From the human T2T-CHM13v2.0 reference genome, Homo sapiens, in the NCBI RefSeq assembly GCF_009914755.1, contig NC_060939.1: DNA of 64,000 nt, one strand, 5' to 3'. The position numbers were made by a program, and so were the translations under genes. The notes beneath the pieces were generated by a model. The model saw nothing but the letters and a program-made list of their open reading frames with translations. It was not told where the DNA came from and did not search any database. Every line of letters begins with the position of its first letter. Within the stretch, counting starts at the first letter, position 1. Shown here in pieces: positions 57,530 through 64,000 of this stretch.

Positions 57530-57868
<339 letters not shown>

Positions 57869-58269
57869 ATGTTGGGCCTTTTAAGTATCCACATTTTCAC
57901 TATTAACAACAACGCTGTGCAGAACCTTCCCTTCACCTGCTTCCCTTGAAGCAACTTTTTGTTGTCTGTTTTACCGGGAAGACAACTGGGTGTGTCTTGC
58001 TCAGTGAGCACACCTAGAAAGCCAAGAACCAAAACTTAAAGCCAAATATTTCAACTTCTGATCCTGTACTCTTTTGCTTCTCTGGCCCCCAACTTCAAAA
58101 GGGGAGCCAACACCAGGAGAGATGAAGACTCGAACTGTGGAGTCAGAGGGGCTGCAGGGTGTACCATCTCTGGGGAGTGGAAGGGAACCATTTGACAGTA
58201 AAGTGCCAACCTGCTGCTCTGTCACTCTGTTTACTTTAGTACGGCTTACAGACAGACATAACTACGGTG

Positions 58270-59345
58270 CAGCCGTCACAATCAGGAAATTATCACTGAT
58301 ACATTTCTACCATTTTATCCTCAGACTCGGTTCAGATTTTGCCAGTTGTCCCAGTAAGGTTCTTCATGGCAAAAAGATCTGTTCCCAATTGCAATTTGCT
58401 CTGAGTAAGTCCTGTTTCTTTAATCTCCTTTGATCTGGAACAGTTTCTCAAGCTTTGCTTGATTTTTCCCAATCTTGACACTTAGGAAAATCACAGGCTA
58501 TTTTGTAGAACATCCATCAATTGTGTCTTTGGCAGGAAATAATCACAGAAGTGATGCTGTGCTTTTTTCACGGCATACTTTAGGTGGCATGTGATTTCCA
58601 TTCGTCTTGTTATTGGTGGTATTACCTTTGATTACTCAATTAAGGCGATGCTTGCCAAGTGTCTTCACTAAAATCACTCTTCTACTGTAATGATTGTTTT
58701 GTGAAGAGATCATTTGAAACTATGTAAATATCGTGTTTCAATTCATTTATTTATTTATATCTGTACACTCTCGGAGTCTTATTTAATTCAGTGGGATATA
58801 ATCTGTTACTGTATTTTGGTGCTCAAATTACCCCTCTCACCCCCTAGTTTGGCTAGTAGGAGCTCCTTCAGGCTGGCTTCAGTGTCTTTTTAGAGATGAC
58901 TCCATTATCTTTGAGCACTTTTCTTGTTTTCTGGCACAAGATGTTCTAAGCTTGTCTTGGGTTTTACCTGCCTTGGTCCTGGAATTGGCCATTAAGCCCT
59001 GGCTCCTTTTGATGGAGTGTGGTATTTAGAAATCAAGGTCTAGACTCTCTAAGTGTACTCCTTGCCATTGAGGGATTTGCTGCTCCAAAGCCCAGTCATT
59101 AGAGCCAAGGAATGTAAGTATGTATATACATGCATGTGTATGTATATACATTAGTATATACATATACACACATTTACAATTATATTTCTATATATATGTG
59201 GAGGCTCATGAGTTCACACAGGTGCATCCTTTTCGAATCAAACGCAGGATGCTTTCTAGTTTTGTCTCTGCTCATATTTGTACCTCCCTTTTGGGCAAAG
59301 GGAAACCTGGTTCTCATCATTCTTAATGTATTTAGATATTACATC
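58270..59345 (-). mobile_element. Ancient L1MC-like 3' region
   Basis: cagattttgccagttgtccc..., ctggctccttttgatggagtgtggtatttagaaatcaag. Confidence 0.5.
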
Positions 59346-59899
59346 AATGCCCCATATGTAACCAATCTTCTGTTTCCCCCTTCCTTGGGTGGTCTTTCTC
59401 CTTACCTTGTTTGGGCTCTGGAACTCTCATTCCAGGGAGCTGGCCAGTATCCAAAGGCAGGCTTGTAGAAAACTTTTCTTCTCTGGCACTTTGTCTCAAC
59501 TCTTCCCATTTTCCCAGAAGTTTATCATTTGGAAAAATTCAAAATGCAAGCAGATTTCCTCGAAAGTGTTCTCTGGAGCATCGTTTATAATAAGGGATAC
59601 TAAAAACCTAATGTTAATCTAATAAATAAAGCTATTAAATTATAGACTGCAAATGCATTAATGACAAGAGAAAATGTTGATTTTAAAAGTGAAAACAGAT
59701 TATGAAATTATATATTTAGTATCATCTGAATTATTAAAGACAAAAAAGGGAGAGTAGAAAAGAAAGCCAAAATGTTAGCTTTTTTTTCCATTTACTGTTT
59801 TTAAAAAGTTTTCTATGGTTTTTAAAAAGTTTTCAAATTTTTACCACAGCAGGCATGATTTTTCTATAGCTTTAAGAGTTTATACATTGTAGTGGCTGT

Positions 59900-60150
59900 T
59901 AATAGCCAGACAGACTTAGTTGTGAACCATAGCTTTGGCATATACCAGCGGTGTGACTTTGAAAAAGCTACTCAACCTCTCTGAGCCTCAGGTGCTATCT
60001 CCATAAAATAAAAAGAAAAATAATAATTTTCCTATGCCCTTATAGAGTTGTTGTGAGGATTAAATAATGAAAAGGTAATGCATATAAACATTACTTACAA
60101 TACCAGGAGCATAAGTTCTCAATAGATGTCTATTAAATATTCTTTTATTA
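59900..60150 (+). mobile_element. MIR SINE
   Basis: tgtgactttg...ctctctgagcctcag...gttgtgaggattaaa core. Confidence 0.65.
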
Positions 60151-60360
60151 GTATCATTATTAAAGTTCACATAGTTATAGTAATGCCCTTAGAGGAGTTC
60201 CTCCATTGTAGTAAACTGCTGGTGAGACAAAAACATGAAAACTCTATCCAAATCATACGTGCTGTTTATTTGTGTTTTCCAAGTTATCTAGTGGACATGG
60301 GTACTTTTATAGCCATAAAGAAAGTTGATTTAACTTTTCTATTAGAAATATTTTAAAGTC

Positions 60361-60702
60361 CGCCAGGCATGGTGGCTCATGCCTATAATCCCAGCACTTT
60401 GGAAAGCCGAGGCAGGCAAATCACTTGAGGTCAGGAGTTAGAGAACAGCCTGGCCAACATGGTGAAACCCCGTCTCCACTAAAAAAATATAAATATTTAA
60501 AAATATCAAATATATAAATAAAAATATTAAAGTACAAAAGTTGGCTGGGCATGTTAGTGCAAACCTATAATCGCAGCTACTTGGGTAGCTGAGGTACCAG
60601 AATCGCTTGAACCAGGGAGATGGAGTTTGCTTGAGCTGAGATTGCACCACTTCACTCCAGCCTGGGTGATAAAGAGTGAGACTGTGTCTCAAAAAAAAAA
60701 AA
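60361..60702 (+). mobile_element. AluS with expanded AT-rich central linker
   Basis: TSD ttttaaagtcc. Confidence 0.88.
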
Positions 60703-61007
60703 TTTTTTTAAAGTCCACCAAAAGCTTTATAAAACAGCTTGCCATTTGTAACTTCTTTGAACAGTGGAATGTGGTGTCAGCTGTCTTAACTGTGCTTTGA
60801 GAACATTTCATATTGAGGCTTGTTATGTCACTACTTCTAGTGTGAATTAGGAAGGAAAATTCAGCAGTTGCTTTTCAGTGGATGCCTCATAAACTCTCAG
60901 GACCAGACTTTTAATACTTGTTCAGGAGTAAGAAACCTGAGGCCTAAAAGCTTGCTGAGGGTTATTCTGCTGGTTTGTGGCAGAGTTGCCACTAAGACCT
61001 AAATCTG

Positions 61008-61317
61008 TTTTTTGTTTTGTTTGGTTTTTTTTTTTTTTGAGACAGAGTCTCGCCTGTCGCCCAGGCTGGATTGCAGTGGCCCGATCTTGGCTCAGTGCAA
61101 CCTCCACCTTCCTAGTTCAAGTGATTGTCCTGCCTCAGCCTCCTGAGTAGTTGGGACTACAGGCGCACGCAGCCATACCCGGTTACTTTTTGTATTTTTA
61201 GTAGAGATGGGGTTTCACCATGTTGGACAGGCTGGTTTCACCCTGGCCTCAGGCAATCCACCCACCGTGGCCTCCCAAAGTGCTGATATTACAGGCGTGA
61301 GCCACTGTGCCTTGCCC
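61008..61317 (-). mobile_element. AluS
   Basis: TSD taaatct(g/c)tttt. Confidence 0.88.
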
Positions 61318-62521
61318 GTAAATCTCTTTTTCTGTCTCCTTTACTCACTATACCAGGCATCACAGATTCAGATGACTCGAAGGTCAGGCAGGTAGCTGAA
61401 GAGGGTCAGGTAGCTCAATAGTCGTAGCACCATGGCAGTCTGGAAAGGCTTGCCTCCGTTTAGCCTTAGTTAAGAGGCACGTAGTCTAAGTGTTGCCAAA
61501 ATGTCCAGTTTTTAAAAAGAATCTGGAAATCCACATTTTATGTAAAAATTCGGTGGAATTTTGAACATTGGCATTCAGTTTACATTTTCTGAAAATGCTG
61601 TGTGGACCAAGGAAACTATATCCGTAGGTCTTGGGCAGCCCTGGGCCCCACAGGCCATCATGCTATCTGTCTCTTTTATTAGTTTATCTATGTAGAATGT
61701 ATTCTGAAACATCTTGGCATTCCCTCAAATTATAATGGACCAACTTTTTTTTTCCATTTAACTAACAATGAGGCTTTGCTATATCCTAAGTACTTCATTT
61801 TATTCTGGTAGTAAAAAATATTTGAAAATAGCTAGCTTGGAAAAATATATCATCCTTTTCATTTAATTCAGCTGCTTTGCCGCTTGTCTTCAATTGGAAA
61901 GTTTAGTTGAAAACAGGTGAGTCTGAATAAGCCCAGCTCATAGGGGAGATAGGGGACAAATAAGATTAACTAGGGGTAAGGGATGTTGCATCTGAGGTCC
62001 AGAGTACTGAGGGAGTTTAGGAAAAGGTTTTGGAGAGGAGGTGGCACTTAAGGTGTCTCTAGAGGGAAACAGTCTTAAGTTCCACAAGAACAGAGCAATA
62101 GAACATATGGGGAAGTCGGTGTGTCTGGATAATATTAATAGTAAGCTAAGGGGCCCTGAAGGAAGCCTTGCTGGCAAGCCTGGAAATGGAGGCTTGGAGT
62201 ATTTGATTTGATAAGCAGTGAAAAGGGAGTGATACAGCCTGTATACCTTCCCCAGTGCTGAGATTTTTCTGATACTGTGATGCCTGTTCAAATAAAGCAA
62301 GTGCATCTTTTGCTGGTACTTGATGTTTTTGTTCTAAGAGCTTCAGTTATCATTATGAAAATGAACTTTTTGAGGGCTGGAATGAAGAAATTATAGGTGT
62401 TTAGTAAATGAACTGAAAATGAAAGAGCATGAGTGAAAAGTAAATGAGAAGTAGATTGACTCAGAATGCCAACATTGACCTGAAAGAAGGTAGGGTACCA
62501 GCAGTTTGGATGGGGTGATAC

Positions 62522-64000
62522 TTTTTTTTTTTTTTTTAATTTCTGCGATACATGTGCAGAACATGCAGGTTTGTTACATAGGTATACACGTGCCATGGTG
62601 GTTTGCTGCACCCATCAACCCGTCATCTACATTAGGTATTTCTCCTAATGCTATCCCTTCCCTAATCTCCCACTCCCTGACAGGCCCTGGTGTGTGATGT
62701 TCCCTTCCCTGTGTCCATGTGTTTTCATTGTTCAACTCCCACTTATGAATGAGAACATGCAGCATTTGGTTTTCTGTTCCTGTGTTAGTTTGCTGAAAAT
62801 GATGGTTTCCAGCTTCATCCATGTCCCTGCAAAGGACATGAGTGCATCCTTTTTCTATGGCTGCATAGTGTTCCATGGTGTATCTGTGCCACATTTTCTT
62901 CATCCAGTCTATCACTGATGGGCATTTGAGTTGGTTTCAAGTCTTTGCTATTGTGAATAGTGCTGCAGTAAACATGCATATGCATGTGTCTTTATAGTAG
63001 AATGATTTATAATCCTTTGGGTATATACCCAGTAATGGGATTGCTGGGCCAAATGGTATTTCTCTTTCTAGATCCTTGAGGAATCACCACACTGTCTTCC
63101 ACAATGGTTGAACTAATTTGCACTCCTACAAACAGTGTGAAAGTGTTCCTGTTTCTCCACATCCTCTCCAGCATCTGTTGTTTCCTGACCTTTTAATGAT
63201 CGCCACTCTAACTGGCATGAGATGGTATCTCATTTTGGTTTTGATTTGCATTTCTCTAATGACTAGTAATGATGAGCTTCTTTTCGTATGTTTGTTGGCC
63301 ACATAAATGTCTTCTTTTGAGAAGTGTCTGTTCATATCCCTCGCCCACTTTTTGATGGGGTTGTTTTTTTCTTCAAATTTATTTAAGTTCCTTGTAGATT
63401 CTGGATATTAGCCCTTTGTCAGATGGATAGGTTGCAAAAATTTTCTCCCATTCTGTAGGTTGCCTGTTCACTCTGATGATAGTTTCTTTTGCTGTGTAGA
63501 AGCTCTTTAGTTTAATTAGCTCCTATTTGTCAATTTTGGCTTTTGTTGCCATTGCTTTTGGTGTTTTAGTCATGAAGTCTTTGCCCATGCCTATGTCCTG
63601 AATGGTATTGCCTAGATGTTCTTCTAGTGTTTTTATGGTTTTAGGTCTTACATTTAAGTCTTTAATCCATCTTGAGTTAATTTTTGTATAAGGTGTAAGG
63701 AAGGGGTCCAGTTTTAGTTTTCTGCATATGACTAGCCAGTTTTCTGAACACCATTTATTAAATAGTGAATCATATTCCCATTGCTTGTTTTTGTCAGAGT
63801 TGTCAAAGATCAGATCGTTGTAGATGTGTGGTGTTATTTCTGAGCCCTCTGTTCTGTTCCATTGGTCTGTATATCTGTTTTGGTACCAGTACCATGCTGT
63901 TTTGGTTACTGTAGCCTTGTAGTATAGTTTGAAGTCAGGTAGCATGATGCCTCCAGCTTTTTTCTTTTTGGTTAGGATTGTCCTGGCTATACAGGCTCTT
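62522..64000 (-). mobile_element. LINE-1 (L1PA, roughly L1PA7-8) 3' end with ORF2 C-terminal remnants, runs off window
   Basis: Poly-T, L1PA 3'UTR, ORF2 peptides [19 protein letters not shown] and [14 protein letters not shown] in broken frames. Confidence 0.92.

Noticed and set aside
62574-63945. L1 ORF2-like ORFs as an active retrotransposon
   Set aside because: Broken into several frames by stops/frameshifts; older L1PA subfamily

Overview
Primate (human-like) genomic DNA, not prokaryotic. The supplied ORF track is almost all noise from Alu/L1 sequence. Reading splice sites by eye recovers coding exons 2-13 of the ubiquitin-conjugating E2 gene UBE2Q2 (+ strand, 7154-52205, 3'UTR to ~53800; exon 1 lies upstream of the window). 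These are followed ~2.8 kb later by the CpG-island promoter and exons 1-2 of the F-box gene FBXO22 (+ strand); from recall, this arrangement is the human 15q24 locus. The introns hold ~35 Alus, a full-length antisense HERV-K(HML-2) solo LTR with a perfect TSD, MaLR LTRs, hAT/MER DNA-transposon relics, MIRs and L1 fragments. I found no clearly new biological system. The best leads are RNA-level hypotheses: (i) exons 3-5 are bracketed by inverted Alus and would form a 306-nt circle with a stop-free endless ORF; (ii) the catalytic-Cys exon begins with a reconstitutable 5' splice site, and a phase-matched cryptic exon lies upstream of it; (iii) FBXO22 has a GC-AG intron, a p53 half-site cluster and a uORF; (iv) several odd repeat architectures. 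Exon coordinates were counted by hand and checked by frame. Repeat boundaries and subfamilies are approximate.
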